Source: a virus (lineage: Duplodnaviria > Caudoviricetes). From it: 24,672 nt of DNA. The notes below the pieces were generated by a model. The model searched no databases. It worked only from the letters and a program-made list of their open reading frames with translations, and was not told where the DNA came from. The translations under genes and the position numbers were made by a program. Location: positions 1-24,672 of IMG/VR virus record IMGVR_UViG_3300025390_000037, one strand, 5' to 3'. Every line of letters starts with the position of its first letter. Position 1 is the first letter of the stretch. Positions 1 through 9,374 of the stretch are shown here, piece after piece.

Positions 1-2
1 AT

Positions 3-281
3 ACGTTTTCGGATGGGCTTTACTGCAAGAAAATGACAATCCCTAAAGGCTATGTCGCAGGGATGCACAAGCACAAGTACGCACACCTTAGTATTTTGGC
101 TAAAGGTAAGGTAAGAATTAGCACAGACGATTATAATAAAGAAGTAATTGCACCCTTTTGTATTAACATTGAAGCAGAAAAGCATCACATGATTGAGGCT
201 TTAGAGGATTCTGAATGGTTTTGTATTCATGCAACAGACGAAGTAGACGATGTTGATGATTTTTTGATTTCTAGGAGTTAA
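3..281 (+). CDS. Cupin-like phage protein, 5' truncated by window edge
   Basis: Frame is open from position 3 (TFSDGLYCKKMTIPKG...HKHKYAHLSILAKG...HHMIEALEDSEWFCIH). His-rich cupin-like pattern; true start lies upstream of the window. Confidence 0.6.
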   Translation, partial: TFSDGLYCKKMTIPKGYVAGMHKHKYAHLSILAKGKVRISTDDYNKEVIAPFCINIEAEKHHMIEALEDSEWFCIHATDEVDDVDDFLISRS

Positions 282-283
282 TT

Positions 284-1105
284 ATGCCTTTTGCATTTAT
301 AGCTGATGCAGTAACAGGAGCAAATCCTCTTACTTTACTTGCGGGTGCTAATGTTGTTAGCGGATTACTTGGTGCTAATGCGTCCAAGAGTGCAGCTCAG
401 ACCCAAGCCAATGCAGCTTCACAAGGTCAACAACTCTTACAACAGAATTTTCAAAATCTGCAACCCAACTACACGCCCTATATGCAAACAGGGCAAACAG
501 GGTTGAATCAGTTAAACAATCAGTTGGGATATTTGTCCACTCCAACTCAAACCTATCAACCGATGGGTCAAGCGCAATTTAATGCAAACCTAGCACCTAA
601 TTATCAGTTCCAATTGGGTCAAGGTCAAAACGCAGTAAACGCAGCAAGCAACGCAACAGGTGGTTTGATTGGTGGTAATGCGTTAAAAGGACTTGAGGAT
701 TACACTCAAAACTATGCGTCTGGTGCTTATCAAAATGCTTTAACAAACTATATGGGCCAACAAGCTCAACAGTTTAACCAAGGACAAGCACAACAAACCA
801 ACATCTATAACCGTTTGGCAGGAATAGCGGGGATTGGTCAAAATGCAGTTAGTGGACTTTCTAATCTTGCTACTGGCAATGCTACCAACATTTCTAATTT
901 GGGTGTTGGTGCAGCTAACGCACAAGCAGCGGGAACAGTAGGCGCTTCAAATGCTTTGACAGGTGCATTAACTGGTGCAACCAACGCAAATTATTTAGCA
1001 TCTTTATTAAATCCTAATGGAGCTAATGCTAGTAGCTCTGGTGGTTATAACTTAAATGCACCTGGAGGAATTGCAAGTTATTTCCAAACAGGGAGTGAAG
1101 TATGA
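284..1105 (+). CDS. Putative DNA ejection/internal virion protein (P22 gp7-like position)
   Basis: 273 aa, rich in Ala/Gly/Gln/Asn (GANASKSAAQTQANAA...). First of three coupled genes upstream of the tail gene, as in P22-like podoviruses. Confidence 0.65.
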   Translation: MPFAFIADAVTGANPLTLLAGANVVSGLLGANASKSAAQTQANAASQGQQLLQQNFQNLQPNYTPYMQTGQTGLNQLNNQLGYLSTPTQTYQPMGQAQFNANLAPNYQFQLGQGQNAVNAASNATGGLIGGNALKGLEDYTQNYASGAYQNALTNYMGQQAQQFNQGQAQQTNIYNRLAGIAGIGQNAVSGLSNLATGNATNISNLGVGAANAQAAGTVGASNALTGALTGATNANYLASLLNPNGANASSSGGYNLNAPGGIASYFQTGSEV

Positions 1106-2583
1106 CAACAACAGTTAATGCAAACTTTTCTGATGTAGCGTCTAAAGTTAATCCTCCACAAGGAATGAGCCTTGGGGATATGCTTAACATGGCTCGTGGT
1201 GCTCAAGCATATCAACAATCAGAACAAGCTAATCCTCTTGCATTACAAAAAGCACAAGCTGATCTAATTAGTGCTCAAATTGGTGCAAAAAAAGCACAAG
1301 GTACATTAGAACCAGAAATTGAAAAAGCTAAATTGGCTACTGAACAAGCAGGTTACGAAGCTAATACTAAAAAAATTGAAAACATAAGGGCGCAAATTTC
1401 TAATCATTCTAGAAGTTTGTTGAAATTAGCTGCTTCTGATGAACCGTTAACGCCTGAAAAATTAAAAGAATGGACGTTAGAAAGATTAAAAAATACAAAT
1501 GCAACTCCTGAAGCTATAAATCAAGAATTAGCTTATTTGCCAAAAACAGGAACTGATGCAGAATTAAGAAAGTTTATTGCTAGGCACGCAACAGATTCAT
1601 TGGATGCTGAAGCGCAATTAAACAAACTTTATCCTGCAGCGACTATGGTTAGTGCTGGTGGTAATATTACACCAAGGCAAATGGGTAATGAAGCATTTAC
1701 AGGAATAAAACCAGGTACTGCAGTTGGGCCATCTATTGCTATTACGCCAACCCCAGGCACTACAACTGTTAATGGTGTTGTTGGTCAATACGATGCGAAC
1801 GGTAAGTTTGTACCTTTTGATGTTCAACCATCAGGCGCTACTGTTGCACCTAGTGCTATGCCAAATGTCGCACCACAAGGGGCAACACAAAAACCTACAA
1901 TTAGCAAAACTTCATTACTGCAATTAGATGAGCCTACATCAAGAGGCCAATTAAATGACCAAGAAAAAACTAGATATGCAACTGGTGAAGAAGATTACAA
2001 AGCATCAGGTGAAAGAGCACAAATTGCACAAGATGCCAAATTAGCTGCAAGACAAATTAAACGTTCCTTGGCTGCATCTTCAGGTAGTAAAGCTGGTCAA
2101 GTTGTTAGGGATGCAGGTCAAATGTTTTTTGGCAATACTGAACTTGATACTTTGGTTAAGAATTTGGCAGAACAACAAGTTAGACAATCAGCGCTTATGG
2201 GTTTGAAATCTGTTGCTGCTGAACAAGACTTAAAGACTGCAAATGGAACTGATAAAGTTACCAATGAAGCCTTGGCTCACATTGTTGAAAGAGCAGAAGC
2301 AACCAACCTTGCTGCTGAAAAATACAATGCTGCATCAGCTAAATTGCAAGATAAGTATGGTAAAACTAAAGCATTTCTTAATACTGACAACTTTAAAAAG
2401 GCATGGTCACAAAACTATGACCCTGTTGCTTTTATTATTCAAAATACAAATCAACAAAATATTCCACAAAAAGACAAAGACACTATCATAGATTACTACA
2501 CATCTGGTATGAGTCAAAGTCAATTAGATCAATTGGCCACTAAGATGAAAAACCTCAAACGACTAGAACGTGGAGATTTCTGA
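1102..2583 (+). CDS. Putative DNA ejection protein (gp20-like position)
   Basis: 493 aa, helical and Ala/Gln/Lys-rich; ATGA overlap with the previous gene. Function inferred from synteny only. Confidence 0.5.
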   Translation: MTTTVNANFSDVASKVNPPQGMSLGDMLNMARGAQAYQQSEQANPLALQKAQADLISAQIGAKKAQGTLEPEIEKAKLATEQAGYEANTKKIENIRAQISNHSRSLLKLAASDEPLTPEKLKEWTLERLKNTNATPEAINQELAYLPKTGTDAELRKFIARHATDSLDAEAQLNKLYPAATMVSAGGNITPRQMGNEAFTGIKPGTAVGPSIAITPTPGTTTVNGVVGQYDANGKFVPFDVQPSGATVAPSAMPNVAPQGATQKPTISKTSLLQLDEPTSRGQLNDQEKTRYATGEEDYKASGERAQIAQDAKLAARQIKRSLAASSGSKAGQVVRDAGQMFFGNTELDTLVKNLAEQQVRQSALMGLKSVAAEQDLKTANGTDKVTNEALAHIVERAEATNLAAEKYNAASAKLQDKYGKTKAFLNTDNFKKAWSQNYDPVAFIIQNTNQQNIPQKDKDTIIDYYTSGMSQSQLDQLATKMKNLKRLERGDF

Positions 2584-4595
2584 TGCCATTCGATAATGAT
2601 GATCTTGATCCAGATGTAGTTGCAATTCGTAAAAGAAATGCAGTTTCACAAATACCTGTGGGCAAAAGCCCAATGTCAGGTAAAAATCCTCAGTTACAAC
2701 CTGAAGATGATTACGATTATGAAAAAGATGTTGATGTTTCAGCATTAAAAAAAAGAAAAGCTAAACCTGCAGAAGAAAAAGATTTAGGTGGGTTTCTGCC
2801 ATCATGGTTAAAAGGTGGCGGTGAGGCTGGCTTACATACCATTGCATCTGCTTTATCATACCCTGCTAGTGCAGTTGCTGGCATTTATGGTACGTTGACA
2901 AGTGGCAAATTTGGAACTCAAGCAGGTGTTCAAGCTGGTGAAGAATTAGCTCAAAAAGTTCAAAGAAGTATGCAAAATGCTGGAACTCAACCAACAACTG
3001 AAGAAGGCAAAGCAATACTAGAAAGTTTAGGCGAAGGTTTTGAAGCATTTCATGCCCCACCTGTTTTTCCAGAAGCTGAAGGTTTAAGAATTAGTCGAGA
3101 ATCAGCTACTGTTGGTGGACAAACTGCCAAACAACAATTGCAAGCACAATTTGGTAATTTAGTACCAAAAGTAAGAATTGAAAAAGCACCAAGCGGATTG
3201 CAAAGTGCGGGCGCTGCAGCAACCACTAACCCTGCTATTATCAAAGGCAATATTGATGCTGCAATAGCTAACGCATCTCCTGAATTACAAAATCATATTA
3301 AATCACAAGCACCTGAAAACGTTAATTTAAATGCTTTAGAAACAAGAGCATTAGAAGAAAAACATGGTGTTAATTTATTAAAAAGTCAAAGAACAGGTAA
3401 TACACAAGAATATTCCGAAGCATGGAATAGTCGTGGTAAAAATGGTTTACAAGAAGATTTTGCTCAACAACCAAAACAACTTGCTAAAGCGTTTGAAGAA
3501 TCTAAAATTAGAAATTCACCAGATATTAGTTCTGAAGCTGATGCCTCAGAATTGGGTCAACATATTATCAATGGTTTAGCAGAAACTGATAAACGTAGAG
3601 TTCAAAGTATTGATTCTGCATATAGAAAGTTTCGTGATGCTTACCTTGAATCAAAACAAAAAGCTGGTTTACCTATTGAAAGTGATTTTCCTGTAAATGG
3701 TAAACAGTTTTTAGAAAACGCAAATAAAGCGTTAATTAAAGAAGGGGCACAATTTGATGTTCCTGAACCAATTCAAAAACTTTTAGACTTAATTAAAAAT
3801 AATGATGGTAAATTAAATTACCAAGAATTTTTAAATTTAGACAAAAGATTGGGTGTTGCACAAAGAGAAGGTGTTGGTAGTCAAAGAGCAGCAGCTAAAA
3901 TTCTTAGAAATGAATTAAATAATATTGAATTAGGCGAAGAAGCTGCAGATTTACAACCTTTGTATTCACAAGCCAAAGCATTAGCAAAAGAAAGATTTGA
4001 TACTATTGAATCTAACCCTGCTTATGCAGCAGCTATTGATGCAGCTGAAGATGCAAAATTATCTCGTGATGGAGTTAGTTTAGCAGCAGATAAGTTTCAC
4101 AAAAACTTCATTTCTAATTCAAGCCCAGAAGCAATTAGAAGATTAAAAGGTGAATTGCCACAAGATCATATAGCACATCAAGCTATTGCTTTTGGGGAAC
4201 TTGAAAGAGTTAAAAGAGCTATAACAAATGCCAATGAATCTAGAATTAAATCTGACCAATTTGCTGAGTTTTTAAAGAACAATAAGTCAAAATTGAGAGA
4301 ATCATTAAGCCCAGAAGCCATGCAAGATGTAATGGAAATTGGTTTATTGAATAGCAAAATTGGCAAACCAGAAGCGGGCACATTTAATTATTCAAATAGT
4401 TATAGTGCTTTATTGTCTGATTTAGCTAAACAAGGTTTATTAACATTGGGTGAGGCTAAATTGGCTGGTGCAACAGGTGGCGTTTCTATTCCTTTGGTTG
4501 GTGCTGGCAAATCTTTGGTGCAAAAATATAGCAAAGAAGCATACGCAAATGAACAAAGAAACCCTTTGGCAGGATTAACTAAGGAAAACAAATGA
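2583..4595 (+). CDS. Putative large DNA ejection protein (gp16-like position)
   Basis: 670 aa helical protein, translationally coupled. Function inferred from synteny only. Confidence 0.5.
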   Translation: MPFDNDDLDPDVVAIRKRNAVSQIPVGKSPMSGKNPQLQPEDDYDYEKDVDVSALKKRKAKPAEEKDLGGFLPSWLKGGGEAGLHTIASALSYPASAVAGIYGTLTSGKFGTQAGVQAGEELAQKVQRSMQNAGTQPTTEEGKAILESLGEGFEAFHAPPVFPEAEGLRISRESATVGGQTAKQQLQAQFGNLVPKVRIEKAPSGLQSAGAAATTNPAIIKGNIDAAIANASPELQNHIKSQAPENVNLNALETRALEEKHGVNLLKSQRTGNTQEYSEAWNSRGKNGLQEDFAQQPKQLAKAFEESKIRNSPDISSEADASELGQHIINGLAETDKRRVQSIDSAYRKFRDAYLESKQKAGLPIESDFPVNGKQFLENANKALIKEGAQFDVPEPIQKLLDLIKNNDGKLNYQEFLNLDKRLGVAQREGVGSQRAAAKILRNELNNIELGEEAADLQPLYSQAKALAKERFDTIESNPAYAAAIDAAEDAKLSRDGVSLAADKFHKNFISNSSPEAIRRLKGELPQDHIAHQAIAFGELERVKRAITNANESRIKSDQFAEFLKNNKSKLRESLSPEAMQDVMEIGLLNSKIGKPEAGTFNYSNSYSALLSDLAKQGLLTLGEAKLAGATGGVSIPLVGAGKSLVQKYSKEAYANEQRNPLAGLTKENK

Positions 4596-5452
4596 GCGTC
4601 AATCTTTCCCCCATATTTAACGCAGTTGCACAGACAACTACGACAGGATTACCTTTGAGTGGTGGTTTGCTTTATACATATCAAGCAGGTTCAACCACAC
4701 CTTTGGCAACATACTCTGATAGCGCAGGTACGATTGCTAACACCAATCCTTTGACTTTGGGTACTGATGGTAGACCCCAAGTCGAAATTTGGCTTCAGTC
4801 TGCTTACAACTACAAGTTTTTGTTGACTGATGCGTTGGGTAATCAAATTGGTACATACGATAATATCTCAGGATTATCTAGCTACTATGGCCCATCAACT
4901 GCAGTAACTTCTGTTACAGGCACAAGCCCCATCAATGTAACGTCTGGGGTTACACCTAACGTATCGTTATCAGGTGTAATTGCTCGTGCAAATGGTGGAA
5001 CTGGCGTGTCTAGCCCCCCAGTATTTTTTGCTCACCAATCCATTGCTCAATCATTTACGACTGCAACATTAACGGTCGTGACGTATAACGTGGTTGACTT
5101 TGATTCAAATAGTTATTTTGTTAGCTCAAATAACTCATTCACACCTTTGATTGCAGGGTATTACCAAGTTAACGTTTCATGTACTTTTGCATCAACAACG
5201 ACAGGTTACCAATGTGGAGTTGGTGTGTCTGTGAGTGGTACTGTTAAAGACTATAACGTTGCTGCTAGTTCTGTTGTGGGTACAGGTGGTACAGATGGTA
5301 CTACTCCTGTTTGCTCAACAATTGTTTACTGTAATGGTACGACAGACTATATTCAAGGAGTTGCTGCTCAATCATCAGGGGGCACAATTTCTAGTGTCAC
5401 AGGTTTAAGTAATGCGACCACATTCTCTGTGGCATTTTTAAGAGGTGCATAA
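4592..5452 (+). CDS. Tail fibre/receptor-binding protein with virion-attachment N-domain and C1q-like beta C-domain
   Basis: N-terminus GLPLSGGLLYTYQAGSTTPLATYSD...NTNPLTLGTDGR is typical of podophage tail attachment domains. C-terminus VFFAHQS...FDSNSYF...FTPLIAGYYQVN resembles a C1q/TNF-like fold. Confidence 0.65.
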   Translation: MSVNLSPIFNAVAQTTTTGLPLSGGLLYTYQAGSTTPLATYSDSAGTIANTNPLTLGTDGRPQVEIWLQSAYNYKFLLTDALGNQIGTYDNISGLSSYYGPSTAVTSVTGTSPINVTSGVTPNVSLSGVIARANGGTGVSSPPVFFAHQSIAQSFTTATLTVVTYNVVDFDSNSYFVSSNNSFTPLIAGYYQVNVSCTFASTTTGYQCGVGVSVSGTVKDYNVAASSVVGTGGTDGTTPVCSTIVYCNGTTDYIQGVAAQSSGGTISSVTGLSNATTFSVAFLRGA

Positions 5453-5652
5453 TGGATGTTGACCCAATTCAATATGGACAGTTGATTGCTAAAGTTGATA
5501 TGCTTGAGAGTCAAGTGTCTGAGATGTCACACGACATTAAATGCTTATTGGCTATGGCAAACAAATCCAAAGGTGGCCTTTGGGCAGGCATGGCAATAGC
5601 ATCATTGATGGGTGGCGTGGTTCATTTCTTTGCTGAAAAGTTTCTAAAATGA
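5452..5652 (+). CDS. Small membrane protein (coiled coil plus C-terminal TM), lysis-cassette associated
   Basis: 66 aa with hydrophobic GGLWAGMAIASLMGGVVHFF; lies between the tail and lysis genes. Confidence 0.55.
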   Translation: MDVDPIQYGQLIAKVDMLESQVSEMSHDIKCLLAMANKSKGGLWAGMAIASLMGGVVHFFAEKFLK

Positions 5653-6155
5653 TTGATCCGATTTCAGCTTTTGCGATGGCTCAAGCTGCAATTAGTGGTG
5701 TCAAGAAGTGCGTTGAGTTATACAAAGAAGCCAAAGAAGTTGGCGCTGATGTGGTTGAGATTACCGCAGAAGTCACAGGTCACATAGGTTCCTTTATGGA
5801 ACATAGTGAGACAATGGCTAAAGCGGTTGAGGAATCTAAGAAAACACCCCCAAGTAGGGGGGAAAGTCTCAACAAGCGTGCTTTTGACAACATAATGAAG
5901 TTGCGTCAATTGCAAGAAGCGGAAAAAGAGCTAAGAGAGTTCCTGATTTACCAAACACCAGGTTGGGGCGCTATTTGGACAGAGTTTGAAGCGGAGAGAG
6001 CGAGGCTCAGAAAGGAGCAAGAATCCGCAGAGCGTGAGGCAAAAAAGCCGCAATGGACGCTTTACGAAAGCGCCAAGAACTCATTGATAAATACAAGGTC
6101 AGAGTGGTCGTTAGCATCGGTATTTTGTGCCTTGTCTTGGAATTCGTTGGGTTGA
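5649..6155 (+). CDS. Lysis-region coiled-coil protein, 0-frame product (168 aa); the -1 frameshift product would end at 6211 (187 aa)
   Basis: ORF track. Slippery A_AAA_AAG at 6041-6047; the -1 frame stays open to TGA 6209-6211. Confidence 0.7.
   Translation: MIDPISAFAMAQAAISGVKKCVELYKEAKEVGADVVEITAEVTGHIGSFMEHSETMAKAVEESKKTPPSRGESLNKRAFDNIMKLRQLQEAEKELREFLIYQTPGWGAIWTEFEAERARLRKEQESAEREAKKPQWTLYESAKNSLINTRSEWSLASVFCALSWNSLG
6041..6075 (+). promoter_or_regulatory. Candidate programmed -1 ribosomal frameshift signal
   Basis: Correctly phased heptamer A AAA AAG (6041-6047), 6-nt spacer, then hairpin TGG-A-CGCTTT-acg-AAAGCG-CCA (6054-6075). Confidence 0.7.
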
Positions 6156-6207
6156 TGTACTGGGTACGTCAAGATTACTTAAAAACTAAATATCATTTGG
6201 AGAGTGT

Positions 6208-6705
6208 ATGAGCTGGATTGAACAAATTGCCCCCACAATTGCTACTGCTTTGGGTGGCCCTTTAGCTGGTTTAGCCGTTGATGCGGTGTCTAAGGCCATC
6301 GGTGTAGACCCTAAAGACGTACAAGACACCATCAATACTGGTAAGTTATCTGCTGAACAAATAGCTTCTATCCAACAGGCTGAATTGACTTTAAAGACCA
6401 AAGCTCAAGAAATGGGTTTGGATTTTGAGCAATTGGCGGTCAATGATCGCAAGTCTGCAAGGGATATGCAGATGACAGTTAAGTCATGGATTCCCCCTAT
6501 ATTAGCCATTGGGATAACAATTGGGTTCTTTGGTATTATGTATGGCATGATGTCTGGTCATGTTCAGTCATCTGAGGCGCTTATGATACTTCTAGGTTCT
6601 TTAGGGACTGCTTGGACAGGAGTTATAAGTTTCTATTTTGGTTCTTCTGCCTCTAGCCAAGCCAAAGATCAGTTATTGCACCAATCAACACCTGTAGCAA
6701 AATGA
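6208..6705 (+). CDS. Holin-like membrane protein
   Basis: N-terminal APTIATALGGPLAG, DRKSARDM motif, two C-terminal TM segments ending in FYFGSS; directly upstream of the endolysin. Confidence 0.65.
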   Translation: MSWIEQIAPTIATALGGPLAGLAVDAVSKAIGVDPKDVQDTINTGKLSAEQIASIQQAELTLKTKAQEMGLDFEQLAVNDRKSARDMQMTVKSWIPPILAIGITIGFFGIMYGMMSGHVQSSEALMILLGSLGTAWTGVISFYFGSSASSQAKDQLLHQSTPVAK

Positions 6706-7133
6706 GTACACTAACCACACACTTCACTTTAGAAGAACTAACCCATACTGACCATCGTGAACTTGACAACACTCCAAATGAAACTGAGAAAGCTAATCTT
6801 ATGCGATTGGCAGTCTTTTTGGAAGATGTCAAGACATTACTTGGCGGTGCTCCAATTATGGTTAACTCAGCGTTTAGGTCTAAAGCAGTTAATGACTCTG
6901 TTGGAAGTAAAGATACTTCTCAGCATAGGGTTGGTTGTGCTGCTGACATCCGTGTACCTGGCCTCACTCCTGACCAAGTAGTACAGAAAATCATCGCATC
7001 TGATCTTGGATATGACCAAGTGATTAGGGAATTTGATCGTTGGACTCACATTTCTGTGCCTAACAATGCCTATGATAAACCACGAAAAATGGCGCTTATT
7101 ATTGACAAACAAGGCACAAGGAAGTACAGTTGA
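6702..7133 (+). CDS. Endolysin, peptidase M15 family (Zn peptidase)
   Basis: HFTLEEL start, SAFRSKAVN, SQHRVGCAAD (SxHxxGxAxD) and WTHIS zinc-ligand motifs. Confidence 0.88.
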   Translation: MSTLTTHFTLEELTHTDHRELDNTPNETEKANLMRLAVFLEDVKTLLGGAPIMVNSAFRSKAVNDSVGSKDTSQHRVGCAADIRVPGLTPDQVVQKIIASDLGYDQVIREFDRWTHISVPNNAYDKPRKMALIIDKQGTRKYS

Positions 7134-7153
7134 GACTCAGTTGCCAAACTTTT

Positions 7154-7179
7154 AAGGGGAATTCTTTCCCCTTTTTTTT
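7154..7179 (+). terminator. Rho-independent terminator
   Basis: AAGGGGAA-ttct-TTCCCCTT stem followed by a T run, just after the endolysin stop. Confidence 0.85.
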
Positions 7180-7216
7180 GCCTTAAAACTGTCACACACA
7201 AAAGTGACAATTAGTT

Positions 7217-7636
7217 ATGCAAATCAAAATCATAGATGCAACTGTTATAGAGAACTATGATCTTTTGAATGATCTTCAAAAAGAGTGTTTGCCCCATGAT
7301 GATTTATATAACGTATTAGATGGATGGTGGTGGATAGCTTATGACAACGATCTCCCTATTGGATTTAGTGGTCTTGTTCGCTCTAAACGTTGGAGCGATA
7401 CTGGTTATTTTTGCCGCGCGGGTGTTGTTAAGCGATACCGAGGCAAAGGAATACAAAAAGACCTTATCAGAGTTAGAGAACGCAAGGCTAGGAAGCTAGG
7501 CTTCAACTGGATCATCACAGACACAACTGATAATCCTCCATCGTCTAATTCTCTTATTTCATGCGGTTACAAACTATTCAACCCCTCTATTCCTTGGGGG
7601 GGACGTAGAACTCTTTATTGGAGAAAAAGACTGTGA
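7217..7636 (+). CDS. GNAT-family acetyltransferase
   Basis: Acetyl-CoA binding motif AGVVKRYRGKGIQKDLI and C-terminal NPPSSNSLISCGY. Confidence 0.85.
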   Translation: MQIKIIDATVIENYDLLNDLQKECLPHDDLYNVLDGWWWIAYDNDLPIGFSGLVRSKRWSDTGYFCRAGVVKRYRGKGIQKDLIRVRERKARKLGFNWIITDTTDNPPSSNSLISCGYKLFNPSIPWGGRRTLYWRKRL

Positions 7637-8583
7637 AATACTATTCTGACGAAGAATTTATCATGTTGTTTCAGTTGTACAAAAGCCCTAGCGTAATGGC
7701 TTCTGAGCTTGGTATGTCTGAAAGGGCAATATACGCTCGTAGAAACGCTCTAGAGGGCCGATATGAGATTCAGTTAGAAACCGTAGAGGCTAAGAATAGG
7801 GTTGAGCCAAAGCCTCCTAGACTTGATTTAGGCATATTGAACGGCACAGTCATTGTTTTCTCTGATGCACACTTTTGGCCTGGCATCCGTACAACTGCCT
7901 ATGATGGATTGATTTGGGCCATCAAGAATATGGAAAATGTCAAAGCAGTCATTAACAATGGTGACGCATTTGATGGAGCTAGTATCAGTCGCTTTCCTAG
8001 AATTGGGTGGGATAAAACACCATCTCTCGTTGACGAGGTTAAAACGTGCGAGATAGCTCTTGGTGAAATAGAAGACGAAGCCAAAAGGGTTAACAAAAAT
8101 GTTAAGTTGATGTGGCCTTTGGGCAACCATGACGCTAGATTTGAGAATAAATTAGCTGCTAATGCGCCTCAATATGAGCACATTAAAGGGTTTAGCTTAA
8201 AAGACCACTTCCCTGCTTGGCATCCATGTTGGTCGGTTTGGCTAAATGAAACCGTAATCGTGAAACATCGTTGGAAAGGTGGCACACACGCTACTCATGC
8301 CAATACCCTTAATTCTGGTGTTTCTATGGTTACAGGGCATCTACATAGCCTCAAAGTAACCCCATACGATGACTATAACGGTACACGATACGGTGTGGAT
8401 ACAGGGACGTTAGCAGAGCCTACAGGCCCACAGTTTGAGAATTACCTAGAGCACGCACCGACCAATTGGAGGTCGGGTTTTGCTATACTTACGTTTCACA
8501 AAGGTGTATTATTGTGGCCTGAAGTGGTAAAAGTGTACGATAAAGACCACATCGAGTTCAGAGGACAAGTTATAAAGGTCTAA
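7633..8583 (+). CDS. Calcineurin-like metallophosphoesterase with N-terminal HTH-like segment
   Basis: SDAH, GDAFD, GNHD and GHLH motifs; N-terminal SVMASELGMSERAIYARR is HTH-like. Start is probably GTG 7633 (GTGA overlap); the ORF track gives 7618. Confidence 0.85.
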   Translation: MKYYSDEEFIMLFQLYKSPSVMASELGMSERAIYARRNALEGRYEIQLETVEAKNRVEPKPPRLDLGILNGTVIVFSDAHFWPGIRTTAYDGLIWAIKNMENVKAVINNGDAFDGASISRFPRIGWDKTPSLVDEVKTCEIALGEIEDEAKRVNKNVKLMWPLGNHDARFENKLAANAPQYEHIKGFSLKDHFPAWHPCWSVWLNETVIVKHRWKGGTHATHANTLNSGVSMVTGHLHSLKVTPYDDYNGTRYGVDTGTLAEPTGPQFENYLEHAPTNWRSGFAILTFHKGVLLWPEVVKVYDKDHIEFRGQVIKV

Positions 8584-8584
8584 C

Positions 8585-8806
8585 ATGACAAACTTTAAGA
8601 TTACCCAAACTAAAAATAAACCCACTAAAGGTGAAGTTTACGAAGTTATTCGTGAGCACAAAAAGGAACGTGAAAAAATCATGGCGCTTGAAAAAGAATT
8701 GCGTGCCCATGAGAAGACAGACATGACTCACGCACATCCAATGCACTCACCTAGTGCAACAGTTCACGGTCAAACCCAAGCCCCATTACCTAACATGAGA
8801 AAGTAA
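8585..8806 (+). CDS. Hypothetical protein
   Basis: 73-aa ORF coupled to the previous gene; convergent with the leftward operon. Confidence 0.6.
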   Translation: MTNFKITQTKNKPTKGEVYEVIREHKKEREKIMALEKELRAHEKTDMTHAHPMHSPSATVHGQTQAPLPNMRK

Positions 8807-9052
8807 TCGGTCAATCGTAACGTTTAGGGCATTCAATTCTTCCATCTTTTGGATAGCCCACATACGTTTCTGACCATGCCATCCCATGATTGGCCCTTGG
8901 TGGCAGTCTTTACATAACGCAACACAGGTATAGGTCAAGCCTTGTTTTATATGGTGGGCATCCGATGGGCCACTTGCATCACAGACCGAGCAAGGTAGCT
9001 CTTTAACCCTACCTAAGTGCTCACGTTCACGCTTAGTGAGCTTGCTATTCAT
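8786..9052 (-). CDS. Zn-binding HNH-like nuclease (Ref/DUF968-like)
   Basis: LPCSVC...DAHH...VALCKDCH pattern; probable start MNSKLTK at 9052. Confidence 0.7.
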   Translation of the reverse strand: MNSKLTKREREHLGRVKELPCSVCDASGPSDAHHIKQGLTYTCVALCKDCHQGPIMGWHGQKRMWAIQKMEELNALNVTIDRLLSHVR

Positions 9053-9374
9053 GGGAACGGATTCCAAGCCTCTCAGAAGCCTCTCTGGTGCGAAATATAT
9101 CAATGGATAACCTAGAGGCCTCAAGTTCGTATTTAAGCGTTTCCTCGACCTTTACAGCGTCTACAAGCTCGTTTATGGTCTGAGCGTACAACTCACTAGC
9201 GTAAGCCTCACGTTCTTGGGCAGAAACTTGGGTGTAGCCATTTTCCAACGCATCACGCATCGCATGGGCTTTGATGGTCTTTAATTTCATCTCAGCGCCT
9301 ATCCGTCTAGATTTAGCACTTGCGTACACACTAGCGTTTAGGGCTATAAATTCTGCGTGTTTTTCAGGGTTCAT
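9045..9374 (-). CDS. Hypothetical helical protein (possibly UvsY-like)
   Basis: 109-aa coiled coil with SAQEREAYAS; the family call is tentative. Confidence 0.5.
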   Translation of the reverse strand: MNPEKHAEFIALNASVYASAKSRRIGAEMKLKTIKAHAMRDALENGYTQVSAQEREAYASELYAQTINELVDAVKVEETLKYELEASRLSIDIFRTREASERLGIRSHE

